Assembly (NCBI GenBank): GCA_965287045.1
Contig: OZ336880.1
Coordinates: 74,834,001-74,898,000, forward strand
Length of the DNA: 64,000 nucleotides
Origin: Carcharhinus amblyrhynchos
Taxonomy: Eukaryota
Direction of reading: 5' to 3'
A program made the position numbers and the translations under genes. The notes beneath the pieces are model-generated. The model saw nothing but the letters and a program-made list of their open reading frames with translations, was not told the DNA's origin and ran no database searches. Every line of letters starts with the position of its first letter. The stretch's first letter is position 1. This document shows, piece after piece, positions 1 to 12,333 of this stretch.

Positions 1-285
1 GGTTCAAGGTGAGAAGGGGAAAGTTTAAGGGACATGTGCGGGGCATGTTTTTCACAAAGAGCGGTGGATGCCTGGAACGCACTGCCAGAGGAGGAGTTGG
101 GAGCAAGCACATTAGCAACATTTAAGAAGCATCTGGAAGGGTAAATGAATGGGGAGGGAAGAGAATGATACAGACCGAGTAAGCAAAAAGGTTTTAATTT
201 GGTTTAGCTTGGGATCATGATCAGCATAGCTTGGAGGGCCAAAGGGATTGTTCCTGTGCTGTGATTCCCTTTGTTTTTTGTTTTA
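1..285 (+). mobile_element. CR1-clade LINE (HER1-like) 3' end fragment
   Basis: CR1 ORF2 C-terminus/3'UTR pattern (ttttcacaaagagcggtgg...tggaacgcactgccagaggagg...gggccaaagggattgttcctgtgctgt); runs off the window start. Confidence 0.8.
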
Positions 286-299
286 TTAGTGCACTCTTC

Positions 300-530
300 C
301 AATTCTGAACTCGTGATCATCCTTGATGTGAATCGCTCCACCACTGGAACTCAAAGACCTGTGCTCTGGAATTCCCAACCTAGCCCTTTCTGCTTCTTTT
401 CATTTAATTCCTTCTTTAAAAGATAGCTCTTTGACGAATCATTTTGCCCTCCTTTCAGGTGGTTTCTGTAAAGTGTCTTAGGATGTTTTGCTACATTAAA
501 GGCACTTTATAAGTGCAAGTTATTGTTGGT
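300..530 (+). mobile_element. Decayed L2-type 3' end
   Basis: ctctggaattccc...tgtaaagtgtcttaggatg...taaaggcactttataagtgcaagttattgttg; same tail as the element at 4880-5610. Confidence 0.6.
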
Positions 531-689
531 AATATTAATCTAGAATAGAATTTTGACTGTCAATAATATGGGCAACATTTTGTTTGGTTTCCTTCCTGGG
601 CAAAGAAGAACATATCTGTTTAAATCTGGCTTTTAGATAAGTGATATATAGGTTTTTTATTGAACTCAAATTGCACCACCTACTGTGCT

Positions 690-745
690 AGAATCATAGA
701 ATCTCTACACTGCAGACGGAGGCCATTCAGCCCATCGAGTCTTGA
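690..745 (-). mobile_element. HE1-type SINE tail fragment (tail A)
   Basis: tagaatcatagaatctctacactgcagacggaggccattcagcccatcgagtc is the reverse complement of the tail of full copies in this window. Confidence 0.8.
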
Positions 746-869
746 CCACACATTGCTATCTACGTTGAAACAGGAAGAGGGGTGTGGATTTCGTTTTGCC
801 ACATTGATTTGAGACTGATGGGTACATTTTTATTTTGATTCCATGTCTGGTCCTGTGTTATTCTATAAC

Positions 870-1563
870 TCCAGTTTTCTTCCATGGAACTGCCAGTTAT
901 TGATCAGGGAGGCACAGGCGGAGGCTGGAGGGAGGGAATTGCTAAATAAGATATTGGCCTGAGCTTGACAGACAGTGGGGTTTTCCTTCCCATCATATCC
1001 AAGTGTGCCATGGCCATTCCACACTTGAATGGGCATTAATTGGCTGCAGGTGGGACTTCTACCCTTCACTTGGGAAGCAATCCCTGTCTCAAGGAGCTGT
1101 GGCCAATCCCTAGTCCCTGTAGCAACAAGAGTTGCAGTGAACAGAAGAGGAACTTCAAAGTTAAAAGGGGATTTCTGATGGAGATGGTTCATTCACCCCC
1201 CCAACCCCTCCCCACTACTCCTCCACCTCACCACCTCGCAACCCCCCCCCCACCCCCCCTCCCATCCCCCCTCCCATCCACAGCCCTGACTACAAATTCT
1301 ACTCAAGATATAAGCCTGTTCATTCCTGGGTTTCTCTCTTGCCCAGTAAATCCTCCTGCCAGTCTGGGTAGGAAATGGTCCTCAATGGCCACTTAAGGGC
1401 CTCAACGAGGGCAAGGTTGGACATTCCGTCCAAGGTCTTGCCTGCCCTGATGTGAAATCTCTGCAAGGTTGGGGTGGGTGGGAATGCAGAGGGAGCCCCA
1501 TTTCTTCAATTCCATGCCCACCCTCCCCCAAACAACTGTTGGTGGGGGTGTAAAATACAGACC
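870..1563. mobile_element. Decayed GC-rich non-autonomous DNA element (Harbinger-like MITE)
   Basis: Ends in gtaaaatacagacc, like gtaaaattcagacc at ~42037; internal ggccacttaa motif and C-rich tracts shared with 41640-42037; left boundary uncertain. Confidence 0.5.
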
Positions 1564-1629
1564 ATTATATGGACTGATGTGATCTTACTGTTCTTAAACA
1601 CTTTGAGGAAACATAATTGACGATGCACC

Positions 1630-1810
1630 ATCTGGTGCAGTACTGAGTCACATAGCCCAAGATTAATCAACGAGCTGTACTAAATGATCTCATTTGAACC
1701 GGGAGCACTACAACTGAATTCATGTTCTGGGCAAGGGAGCAGAGAAAAACTGGCCAGAATTCACATTCCTAACTTACTACCCAGTGACCCTTTCTCACAA
1801 TGTGCATGTA
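1630..1810 (+). mobile_element. Old SINE-like repeat fragment (family C)
   Basis: actgagtca...actacaactg...agggagcagagaaaaa; similar to 22570-22740 and 23180-23265. Confidence 0.45.
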
Positions 1811-1934
1811 GGAAATATAGAACGGTAAGGACTATTTGAAAGCTTTCTGAAGTATAACTCACTTGTGACTTTGCCAGCATGCAGTCATTTTACTATTCAG
1901 CCATGTGTCACAGCTCACGATGTAATAAATGTTT

Positions 1935-2270
1935 TTTTAAAATTCCTTCGTGGGATTTGGGCATCGCTGACTGGAAATTTGTTGCCCATCTCTGAGGGCA
2001 TTTAAGAGTCAACCACATTGCTATAGCTCCAGAGTCACATGCAGGCCAGACCAGGTAAGAACAACAGATTTCCTTCCCTAAAGGATATTAGTGAACCAGA
2101 TGGGTTTTTACACTAATTGTCATCATTAGACACTTCATTCCAGATTTTTAAATATAGAATGCAAATTTCACCATCTGCCACAGTGAGATTTGAATCCAAG
2201 TCCCCAGAGAATTAGCCGGGGTCTCTGAATTACTAGTTCAGTGACTATGCCACTGCGCTACTGCCTCCCC
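1935..2270 (-). mobile_element. tRNA-derived SINE (family B)
   Basis: Minus strand: ggggaggcagtagcgcagtgg head, B-box-like ggattcaaatc, A-rich tail; homologous to 14636-14965, 36430-36700 and 44277-44629. Confidence 0.8.
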
Positions 2271-3409
2271 AATCAAACAATCCACACTCAGTAAGTAAAC
2301 AGGACGCCAGTAATTGGGAGCAGGTAAGTGACCTCCTTGTATGACAAGGAAAGCATAAAATAAAATTTTAAGCCAATCTTTTTGAGGCCTCTTCTGGCTT
2401 AAAAACTCACTGCCTCTGTCTGCTCAAGCTGATGAGTAGAAATTGAAATCAAGTCCCAAAAACATCACTGGGACGTAACATGCAAATGGGAAAAAAGAAG
2501 CTTTGGGCTTTGGCCGCGTTTCCTTGTGATCGGCTCAAGGGCAGGGTCAAAGACACGGTCAGTGTGCTTCTGGCAGTTTCAGGGCTGTAAGTGATCAAGT
2601 TGAGCTGGCATATATTTACTGGAAAAACATCTGACCCACTGATCTGTAATTCGTATTATGATTTGGTCATTCGTTATTCAGTCAGCTTCCATGTGCAGAC
2701 GTGTGTGTAATGTGTAACATGTCTTCAGATTTTGGCTGGGTGGGGGAGGCGGGGGGGTGGGGGGTTAACCGAGCATCACGCCGTGCACCTGATTCATGTC
2801 TATCTATTTCGAGAAGACTACAGCATCTCCACTTTGCTGCCTTTTCCACAAAGGAAAGCAATCAATGTCACTTATAGAGAAAGCTTCTGGACGATTACCA
2901 AGAACCTATCTCTTGCAATTCCATCTGCAGCTAATTGTTACTTACCACCTGCATAAAAATCTCCACAAATAAGTTCTGAAATTAATGAAAAATGTTCAAT
3001 TTAACCTAAATTCCTCAACTGATTATATTGCGTGATCTTTTTGTCGCTAGGAAATTAAAATTCAGCAAATGAAATGTTTCTTTTTTGAAATTCAACTCAC
3101 ACTAATTTTTTCTTCCCATGTGAAATGAACATAAGGATCTCTAAATGTCAGGACAATACCTCCCGTGCCTGATCTGGACTCTGACAAACCTTAAAGAGAA
3201 ATGAAGGGGAGAGAAAATGTATCTTTAAATCAGAGATCAGGCCCTTAGACTTTGGAAATCCCAGTCGGCCTCTTCAGTATCTGCACGTCTACCGACCATA
3301 GCATGACTGCATATGCACAGCTGGATCATTTTTACCATCTTCTAGCTGGGAAACAGCCCTGCACATATCTGCAGTTTGTTTCTTTTCTATTTTCAGTCTG
3401 AAACTGTTC

Positions 3410-4370
3410 CTGAACTCCGGCACAGAAGAAGAAGCAAAAGGAAAACAGGAGGAAAGTGAAACAGTGCAGGTGAGCTGGAAGAGGAGTACCATTCCAAAGA
3501 GAGTGTCCAAAGGAGCACAACATGGGGAGAAAGACTGAAAGAGGTCCCAAGAAAACAGTCTAGTGAAGGGACAAGGACAGGAATCTTAAACAGGTCTTGT
3601 TGGGTTAGGTTAAAAGTAAGGAATAGAGGAAAATAACCCAAATTGGGAGCTGCAAGGAGCAGACTTGGAGCAAAGTGAGCTTGAAAGGAACCAAAAGATC
3701 TGAGGAGGTAGCTGAAGGTTGCTGTGGGACTTTTGAACAGTGGTGTTCTGCTTGGCACAGCCAAGTATCTGAGTGTGCTTGGAAGGAGAATCTTGAATGC
3801 GCGTAGAAATCAGGGGAAAAGAATCATTGGAAGGAGAAATTGAAACCCGGGAGGTGATCGTTATTGAAGAGATCTGAGTGAAACCGTTAGTTTGGGAAAG
3901 AACTCCAAGAAAAGTTTCTTGAATGTGGAAATTGAAAGCCCTTATGAGAAAGACAGAGTTTCAGTGAGAGTGGTTGGTTGATGGTATCATATACATCTGG
4001 GGGCTGGGGTGGGTGGGCTGATAAGAAATCCATAGATCCACGTCTGGTGGTATCCATCACTTAATTTTGGAGTGTGTTGTATTCAGTTTGTCTATCACTT
4101 TACATGTACGACATACTTAACATTAATTTTAAAGCATAAGGTAAATATTGCAAATTGTGTTATCTTTGCCTGTAAAGATATAATTGGGGTGAAGGGATAG
4201 TGTGATTTGATTCATTTACTGGTATTTGTGTTGATACCTATCCAACCATTTTGTCAAGTGCAATATAGTTCATTTCTCGTGTTTAACAAATGTTTTATTC
4301 TTTTGTTAAAGCATAGCAGCAGACTCCTGTGAGTTTGTTCAGCAACAGCTCTTCCTCATCACCATTTCTC
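3410..4370 (+). mobile_element. Probable decayed solo LTR (Gypsy-like)
   Basis: Purine-rich 5' part then T/G-rich 3' part ending in tgttttattcttttgttaaa...gactcctgtgagtttgttcag; no ORF; boundaries uncertain. Confidence 0.4.
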
Positions 4371-4511
4371 TCAACTCTTTAACTGTTCCTAAATTAACTC
4401 ACTGCTTATTTAACACATGGTATTGAATAAGCAGAAATTCCTTCCAATTATACTGGAAAGACTGTAGACATAATTTTTGAACCTCATTCCAATCTATGTT
4501 CCCCAGCTATT

Positions 4512-4848
4512 GAGCAGCATGGTAACAAAATGTTTAACACACTGGATCCCTAGCACTACTGCCTCACAGTGCTAGGGACCCAGGTTTAATTCTGGCCTTG
4601 GGTTACTGTCTGTGTGGAGATTGCATGTTCTCCTCATGTCTGCATGGGTTTCCGCCGGGTGCTCTGGTTTCCTCCCACACTCCAAAGATGTGCGGGTCAG
4701 GTTGATTGGCCTTGCTAAATTGCCCCATAGTGTCAGGGGGACTAGGAGGGTAAATATGTGGGACTTGGGGATTGGACTTGGGTGGGATTGTTGTCGATAC
4801 AGGCTCAATGGACCAGATAGCCTCCTTCTGCACGGAAGATTCTATAAT
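4512..4848 (+). mobile_element. HE1/V-SINE, tail A
   Basis: tRNA-like head, central tgtgtggag..tgca..ttctc...ggtttcctcccaca.tccaaagatgtgc domain, CR1-type tail. Confidence 0.9.
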
Positions 4849-4879
4849 ACCAACTCTCCCGGGCTACTGCCTGAGACTG

Positions 4880-5610
4880 AACCAGGCTGTTCTCAATCTT
4901 GAGTGCTATATTTAACCTGAAGGTGAGCTTCTGGTCACATATTTCAATCATCACTAAAGCCAACAATTTCCATCTCCATAATAACTTTCAACTTCACCAC
5001 GTGTCAGTCCGACTGCTGCTGAAATCTTTATTCATGCATATGTTAACTGTAGGCCTGACTATTCCAAGGCACACATGGTTGGTCTCCCACATTCTAACCT
5101 CCATGAACTTGACATCATTTAAAACTCTGTTGCTTGTGCCTTAATCACAGAAAGTCCAGTTCCACCATTATCCCTGTGCTCAGTGACCGATAATGGCCCT
5201 CTGTCAAGCAATGTCTTGATTATAAGGTTCTCACCTCTGTTTTCAAATACATCCAAGGCTTTACTCTGCTCTGCTGTGTAATCATCTGCAGTTTCACGGT
5301 CTTCAAAGAGATCTTGATTCCTCAAATTCTGGCATTTAAGCATCTCTGATTTTAACCATTCCATCATTCGTGTTTGCGCTAGTCACGGTTCTAAATTTTG
5401 GAATTCCCTCCCTAAATCTTTCTGCCTCTATCTCATGTTCCTCCATTAAGACATTCCTTAAAAACCTACCACTTTGACCCAGCCTTGATCATCTGACCCA
5501 ATATCCCCTCATGTGGCTCGAGGTCATGTTTAGTTTTATAACATTCTTGTTGTACATCCTGGCATGTTTGATTATGTTAAAGGCACTATATAAATGTAAG
5601 TTGCTGTCGT
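4880..5610 (+). mobile_element. L2-clade LINE 3' fragment
   Basis: Decayed ORF2 C-terminus (atcactaaagcc...ttccatctccataata; gactattcc; ccctgtgctc) and tail taaaggcactatataaatgtaagttgctgt. Confidence 0.75.
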
Positions 5611-5661
5611 CAACAAGTTTTGATGAAGAGAGTAGTCTCGTGTAGAGCATAGACATCAAAA

Positions 5662-6703
5662 GCCAGAATTCCCCCAAAAATATTCCTTAAATATCGAATT
5701 CACATGAGAACTGGAGTAATTCATGCTGTTTTTTTCAATGGGAGTTCCAAGAAGAATGTCCCACACTCTGTGCACTGCACAAATCACGACAGTGTATATT
5801 ATTTTGAATCAGAGAGCAGGGCCTATTCCCTGAAGGAGAGGATGGCAGCAGAGTGCCTATTCCCTGAAGGAGAGGACGCCAGCAGAGTGTTGAGCGGACC
5901 ATAGCGCGTGCGCCGATCTATCAGCGCCGAGTTCAGCAAATGCGCAAATTCACACTACCGCCCTCCCGATTGCTGGCTAACTTTATCACTGGCCAGCTCC
6001 TGCATTGTGCATTGCCGACATATGCCTCCTTACAGCCCAACCGCTGGCGCCCCGACCATTCCAGGGCCAGCCCCGAATGCTCGCCCTGCCCTGCCCCGAT
6101 CTCCCGCCCTCCACCCCCCTCCCCCCGGTGTGTGGACCCACTCCCCCCCTGCAGTTCTAAACCCCCCCCACTACCATTCTTGGCCAGCTTGCCCCAATCG
6201 CTAGCCTCCAACCTTCCCCCACCAATTCTGTATTAACAGCAGGACCCCCCCCACCTCTACCGATTGCTCCACCAGGTCCCGCACTCATAGGCCTCACTGC
6301 CTTGGCGCTGTCCCATGCCCGATGGGCAGTGCCAAGGTGCCTCCTGGGCATTGGTACTTTGTCTCAGGCAGTGCTGGGAGTACAGGCTGGCACTGCCAAG
6401 GTGGCAATCCCCCGCTGCCCTCTTGGGGGGGTGGGGGGGGGAGGGCGCTGGGCCACTAGTGCCCTGTCAGGGGGGTGAGTCTCTCTGGCAGGGAGGAGAT
6501 GCTAGTGGGCCTGGAGGCTTCAGTCGGGCCCACTAATGATATTTAAAATTTGTGTAAATACCTATTTAAATGGTCTTGGTGTCTCCCCACCAATTTCCGG
6601 CACAGAAACGTTGCCCGCTGAAATCCGGTGCTGGGAGATGCTACTGGGACGGGAAGGCATGCACGAATCCCGCACATCGGCTGCTGTGAGATTCTCCTGG
6701 CCC
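5662..6703 (+). mobile_element. ~1-kb Harbinger-like non-autonomous element
   Basis: Colinear with 15075-16137 (aactggagtaattca, cccacactctgt, aaatccggtgctgggaga, ctgtgaga); termini gccagaatt...attctcctggcc. Confidence 0.7.
5821..5888 (+). repeat. 34-bp tandem duplication inside the MITE
   Basis: gcctattccctgaaggagagga(tgg/cgc)cagcagagt x2. Confidence 0.9.
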
Positions 6704-6898
6704 ATGACACTAAAAGCTCAGCACAGCTGGATGGAGGAATCACCACCCAACAGTCACCAATTGGTCCAAACACCGATTTCCGTGCTGTAAACTCTATGTA
6801 GTTCCAAAACCTACCCACAAATTATTGGCAACGCTGGTGAAGCAAGCATTAAAAAGGTTTCCCTGCTGTATTTAGGGTAATTATCTTGTTTGTAGTTT

Positions 6899-7895
6899 TT
6901 GACTGCTAGTGGGCTTTTATGCCTAATTCTGGCTCTGTTGGCTGCTGCAACTGACTCAGAAAATTCTGGGGAAGTTGTGATTCAGCGCTGCCAGGGCAAT
7001 CTCTACACAGGGGCTTGTGTGCAGATGTTCCTCTGCCAACATGTCGATGTTGTTCTGCCTGCCACTGAGGCTAGAGGATGAGTACTGGGAATGCGGCAAG
7101 GAAGAGTTTAAAGATTTGTAGATGCTGGGAAAGGACAGCTTCGGTGAAGAGGGCACCGGATTCTTTACACCACAGGAATTCTTTGAAAATTGTACTGTGG
7201 AGCAGTGTGTCTTTGTCAGGAAGATCGTCCCAGAGTTAAATTATCTGTTGCAATATCAAGTACGTTTCTGCAATTCTTTTCTTGTGGTTCAGAAGGTGAG
7301 TTTCTCGCTTGATGAAGGGGCAGTGCTCTGAAAGCTCATCATTTCAGATAAACCTGTTGGACTTTAACCTGATGTTGTGAGACTTCTTATTGTGTCCACT
7401 CCAATCCAATGCCGGCATCTCCATATCACAACATTTCTGGTTCATTCCAGGTTGCCACAGGTGATGTGAGCAACATACTGAATCAAGCAGATACCAGATA
7501 CATGCCACTCCCCTAAGGCTAGCTAGTCTATCATTTTGCTTCTGGAGACTGCAAAGCAGGCTGGCAGAGGTGTTGGATAACAGTATTCCCCCAGGCACAG
7601 CAGCATCAATGACTGGAGTTACATAGGCTTGTGGACTTCGTCTTAAGACTGTGGGCTATTCCTACAACAGAAGAGTTTTCACTGCCAGGACATGAATGCA
7701 TCATGCATGTCGATGCGCCATTTCAATTGCTGTCCTGACTTTACTCTGCAATGGCCCTCAATGATCTCCTGCATTGGAGGTCCATTCCATCAATTCCTCC
7801 ATCATCCTGCCACCTCTCATCCACTCAAGGAATTGGGCTGGTTATTTGGGGACAATAGACAATTCCTTGAACCTGTGATACATGACCATACATGA
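6899..7895 (+). pseudogene. Decayed PIF/Harbinger (HARBI1-like) transposase, interrupted by a Penelope-like insertion
   Basis: Motifs in order: FENCTVEQC..IVPELNYLL..LVVQKVSFSL | insertion | SGSFQVATGDV | INDWSYI | QKSFH | WP | GWLFGD..FL. These parallel the Harbinger motifs LPVxxKVxxAL, SGSFQxxxGD, IDCTHV, RKGxHS, WPGS, WLLGD; stops and frameshifts present. Confidence 0.8.
7305..7428 (+). mobile_element. Penelope-like element fragment (family P1) with decayed hammerhead motif
   Basis: tcgc-TTGATGA-aggggcagtgctct-GAAA-gc-tc followed by aaacctgttggactttaacctg...ggcatctcca; homologous to 18467, 22393, 31094 and 48190 copies. Confidence 0.8.
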
Positions 7896-8330
7896 GCATA
7901 GTTGCGGAGGAGAACTACAATCAAAGCTATATCTTTGCTGAAGATCTTACTTTATAAAGACAATTAGCATCTTGAAGAGACTTGGTTCCTTAATTAGGTC
8001 TGGATTCATCAGATAGGCCTGGTAGAATTTCCAGATTTGTTGTAATTAGTTGTAAGCTCAATAACTCTGCTTTGTGATAGAGACAAAACTTAGAGACACT
8101 TTAGAGGAAATACTCACCTAATTACAGGAGATGACACAATAGCCCTAATTTTAACCGTGGGCTGGATTCTGATGAAAAAATGTTCAAAACAGCTCATTTT
8201 CCAATTAGAAACAAGCAAACTAACCTTATGCCAATGCTTAGTGTCCTATATTCCTTTACCTAAAAGTGGTTGTCCTATGAGGTGCATTGTAGTGGCTAAA
8301 ACATGTGAGCTGACATACTAATCCTCCACT

Positions 8331-8638
8331 GGGTAGCACAGTGGCACTGGGGTCAGCACTGCTGCCTCACAGTGCCAGGAACCCTGGTTCAATTCTGACC
8401 TCAGGTCACCTATCTCTGTGGAGTTTGCACTTTCTCCCCATGTCTGCGTGGGTTTTCTCCAGATGCTCCAGTTTCCTCCCATAATGCAAAAATGCACATG
8501 TTTGGTTGATTGGCCATGCTAAATTAACCCTAGTGTCAAGGAGATTAGCAAGGTTAATGTGTGGGGTTATGGGAATAGGGCATGGGTGGGATTGGTCAGT
8601 ACAGATTTGATGGGCTGAATGTACTGTAGGGATTCTAG
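8331..8638 (+). mobile_element. HE1/V-SINE, tail A
   Basis: Head, central domain and CR1-type tail all present. Confidence 0.9.
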
Positions 8639-9937
8639 GTGGACATGGTGGGTGATCCAGAGGAGTTTTGATCTCGGAGCAGCTAGCTGAAGATGCAGCA
8701 GCTTGACAGTAATAGGACCAACCTATTCCACCTACTTGTTGGGCACCAGCATGGACATTTCTTGAGGGCCTGACATGGGAGCGGTTGTGGGAAGCTTAGT
8801 CTTCCTCCATTACTATCTTTAACCTGCCTGTCCCCCGTCATCAGGAGTTAAAATGCCACAGGGCTCACGTTTGGAACAGTGGGTAGGCTTTGAATTCAAA
8901 TTGCTGCCCATTTATCAAAAACTAGCCCATGGTTAAAACTGGGGCTATTGTGTCATCTTCAGTAATTAGGCAAGAACTGCTATCACATCACTTTAAGTTG
9001 AATTGAGTATATTTTAGTGAGAAATGACAGTCAACCGTGCACTGTCCTGGCATTTTTTGTCTTGTATTTAAGCCACTACAGCATAAGTACAATGAACAGG
9101 TCCGATAATAGATGAGTAAATACGGTACCAACTTTGTTAACAGCAGTGATACACTGAACTCAAGCACAATTCGCAAGACAAAGACGTTCCAGTACGTAGA
9201 GGAGTGGTCATTTCTTTAATATCTCATGTTGATCATCCCCTGAAAGAAGATTTTCTTTGATGGCCTCTTTTTCAGTATCATGTAACAGGAAAACTCTGGG
9301 AGAGAACCATACGCAATCCATAATAGTTTGGTGAAATAATTTGTAGGAGCAAGCCGAATCACAGTGAACCAAAGCATGAACTTTACTGCAGCTCTCTTGG
9401 AATGACAGTCCAAACAGGAAGTTGAAAAGTCCAGCGGCATTCAGAGGTTTAAGGAGGTGGAAACGGTCCAGACTTTGCGAGGAATTAAACTTTACTAGCT
9501 GTGTGGCAAACACAGAAGAAAGCAAAGTCAGGAAAAAGTAAATAAAATGATGTGATATCACATTTATTTGCAATGTTTTAGCGATTATTAATTATAGCAT
9601 AACATTGTATGGATTTGGCTTGGTTTCTTGGCTTGGGGTCAAAGAATTTTCTCGGCAGCCTCTCAAATCCCTGGAAGGTTTTGAATGTTTCCTGGGTTTA
9701 AAAATCTATTATATTTTGGGACTGTGCCTTTAAATTTAAGGTAAAATGATTGGGAGTTGGCGGGGTTAGGGGGAGAGAGGTGGTCATGTGACTTGTTCTG
9801 AGGCCTGCCTGCCTGCCTGTAAGCCTGGATGTTTTGATTGTTAGGAATCACAGGAAGGCCTAGGTTGCTACACTGGGGAGAAAGTGCAAAGTGTTTACGT
9901 TTGGACAGAATGGCAGCAGCCTGTGTGTTAACAGAGA

Positions 9938-10655
9938 GTCATAGGGGTTTACAATCATAGAGGTTTACAGCATGGAAACAGGCCCTTCAGCCCAACTTGT
10001 CCATGCCGCACAGCTTTTACCACTAAACTACTCCTAATTGCCCGCATTTGGCTCATATCCCTCTATATCCATCTTATTCATGAAACTGTCTAAATGCTTT
10101 TTAAAAGACAAAATTGTACCCACCTTTACTACTACCTCTGGCAGCTCATTCGAGATACTCACCACCCTCTAAGTGAAAAAATTGTCCCTCTGGGCCATTT
10201 GTATCTCTCCCCTCTCATCCATGTCCTCTAAATTCAGGCTCCCCTACTTTTGGGAAAAGATATTGACTATCTAGCTGATCTATGCCCCTCATTATTTTAT
10301 AGACCTCTATAAAATCATCCCTAAGCCTCCTACACTCCAAAGGAAAAAGGTCCCAGTATATCCAGCCTCTCCTGCAACCATCAACTCCTGGTAGCATCCT
10401 AATAAATCTTTGCTACATTCTTTCTAGTTTAATAATATCCTTTCTATAATAGGGTGTTCTGAGTGTGGCCTTACCAATGCCTTGTACAACTTCAGCAAGA
10501 TGTCCCAACTCCTGAATTCGATGAAACCAAGCATGCCAAATGCCTTCTTCTCCACTCTGTCCAACTCTGATTCCACTTGCAAGGATCTACAAACCTGTAC
10601 TCTTAGATCTCTTTGTTCTGTGACTCTCCCCAACACTCTATCATTAACTGAATAG
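9938..10655 (-). mobile_element. CR1-clade LINE 3' fragment
   Basis: Minus-strand peptides LLKLYKALVRPHSE and LFPLECRRLRDDFIEVYKIMRGID are typical of the CR1 ORF2 C-terminus; 3' tail present. Confidence 0.9.
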
Positions 10656-10845
10656 GATCTGAAAAGCTAGATTATAAACAGTTTTGCTTTAAACCATCAA
10701 TTCAGTTCCAAGATGAAAGGAAATTTGGCTGTCAGGAATTGCTGATTAGCAATTGAACCTATTGGACATGAAATTCCTGAATTCAGCCATGACAAAATGG
10801 GCAGTGCAGCGACCCACGTTCAATTTGCTTGTGTGACCAGAATTG

Positions 10846-10968
10846 GAAGTTCTCTGTCCTGCCTGCCACGAGAATCGTAGCGGGCGGGACACAGGCCATG
10901 CAAAAGTAAATTGATTTTGGGTGGGATTTTCTGGCTTTAGGGCAGGCGTGGCTAGAAAATCCCACCCC
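10846..10968. mobile_element. Short Harbinger-like MITE (~120 bp class)
   Basis: Ends in gaaaatcccaccc; similar to 23346-23471, 36750-36849 and 59110-59235. Confidence 0.65.
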
Positions 10969-11063
10969 GTTAACTTTGTCCTGAAATTTTCATGAAGCAC
11001 TTTGACAGCACAGTTCAATCGAGGCGATCACAGACACAGGGTTTTATCTTCTGACGCTTCACG

Positions 11064-11240
11064 CTGGGGGAATCTTCTGGTCTTGCCGCGGTGCAGCTTT
11101 GCCGAGGGTTTCCCAGTGGCTTAGGGTTGAATCAATGAGAAATCCCGTTGACAATGGCGGGACCTGAAGATCCCACCAACTGACCAATGAGCGCTGTCTC
11201 CCACCGCTGAGAAAAATTCCACTGGGAGGCCAGAGAATCA
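11064..11240. mobile_element. Short Harbinger-like MITE (~180 bp class)
   Basis: gggggaatcttctgg...ccagagaatc termini; inverse-similar to 17445-17631 and 29430-29612. Confidence 0.6.
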
Positions 11241-11587
11241 CTATGGCTAGACTTGTTGGAAACAAGTGATTGGTTTCCCAATGTAGGTCACCACTCAGGA
11301 AGAGAGAGTTAATGTCGCATGAATTGTTGGATCTCCTTGTGCCAGAGACACAATCGTTGACTGCACGCTTGTGGTCTTGCATGTCTTCACACAAGACCCA
11401 GCCATCTCTGATAACAGGAAGGGATTCCATTTGTTAAATGTACAACTCAACTTTGGCCATCAGCAATGGGTTTGGTGGGCCTGTTCCTGACACCCTGGCT
11501 ATAGAAATGCTGCCTTCATTCTGTGGTAATTTCAATACCTCCCCTCCTACCTGGCTTTGAATTAAATGCTGTGTCCTTAAGGCTTTT

Positions 11588-11895
11588 AAGTTTAAATTTT
11601 ATTTATTAGTGTCACAAGTCATCTTACATTAACAGTGCAATGAAATTACTGTGAAAATCCCCTAGTTGCCACACTCTAGCATCTGTTCGGATACATTGAG
11701 GGAGAATTTAACATTGCCAATGCATCTAACCATACCTTTTGGACTGTGTGAGGAAACCAGAACACCCGGAGGAAACCCAGGCAGACACAGGGAGAATGTG
11801 CAGATGCCATACAGATAGTGACCCAAACTGAGAATCGAACCGGGTCCCTGGTGCTGTGAAGCAGCAGTGCTAATCATTCTGCCACTGTTCTGCCC
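11588..11895 (-). mobile_element. HE1/V-SINE head and body with alternative tail B
   Basis: Same head/body as tail-A copies; tail attctccctcaatgtatccgaacag...ttttcacagtaa...cttgtgacactaataaataaa. Confidence 0.9.
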
Positions 11896-12333
11896 ACTTT
11901 GACAGCAACATGGGCACAGTGTGCTTTCAGTGACAGCCACATCTGAAACAGGACTCTCCGTGTACAGACTGTCAGACCTTTCAAACTAAGATTCTAATGC
12001 CTTGATTAGAGGTGTGCTTAAATGTTGCTGGAGAGAGTGGTGAGATTTCTGTGTGTGCTGCCTGCTGCAGAACTTCACCTTGGAAAGTGTTGGAGTCACA
12101 GGAACAAGTTGAGAAAGTGGAAGAACTGTTGGGGCTACAGAGGAAGAGCAAGGCCTAACAGTACCACCAGCTGCTCAAGTTCTCAGGCAGAAACCAGTGC
12201 TTGAAATATTTTAATGCATATTCTATCGTTTCCCCCATGCACCAGCAATCTCTCCACACAATTAACTCACTCCTCACAACTGTGATCTCAATGCTTTCAT
12301 GCAGTCCTTTCTCCAGGGTGTTACCTCTACATC

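Noticed and set aside
2429-2460. CTGATGA-gtagaaatt-GAAA-tcaag-TC hammerhead-like spacing
   Set aside because: No convincing stem I, II or III pairing.
4572-4902. Recurrent ORFs with CGRKPEHPEETHAD / VRLIGLAKLP motifs
   Set aside because: Translations of the HE1/V-SINE body, not a protein family.
6899-7081. ORF resembling a secreted peptide with signal sequence (MTASGLLCLILALLAAA)
   Set aside because: Non-ATG start, and it lies at the N-terminal end of the decayed Harbinger transposase.
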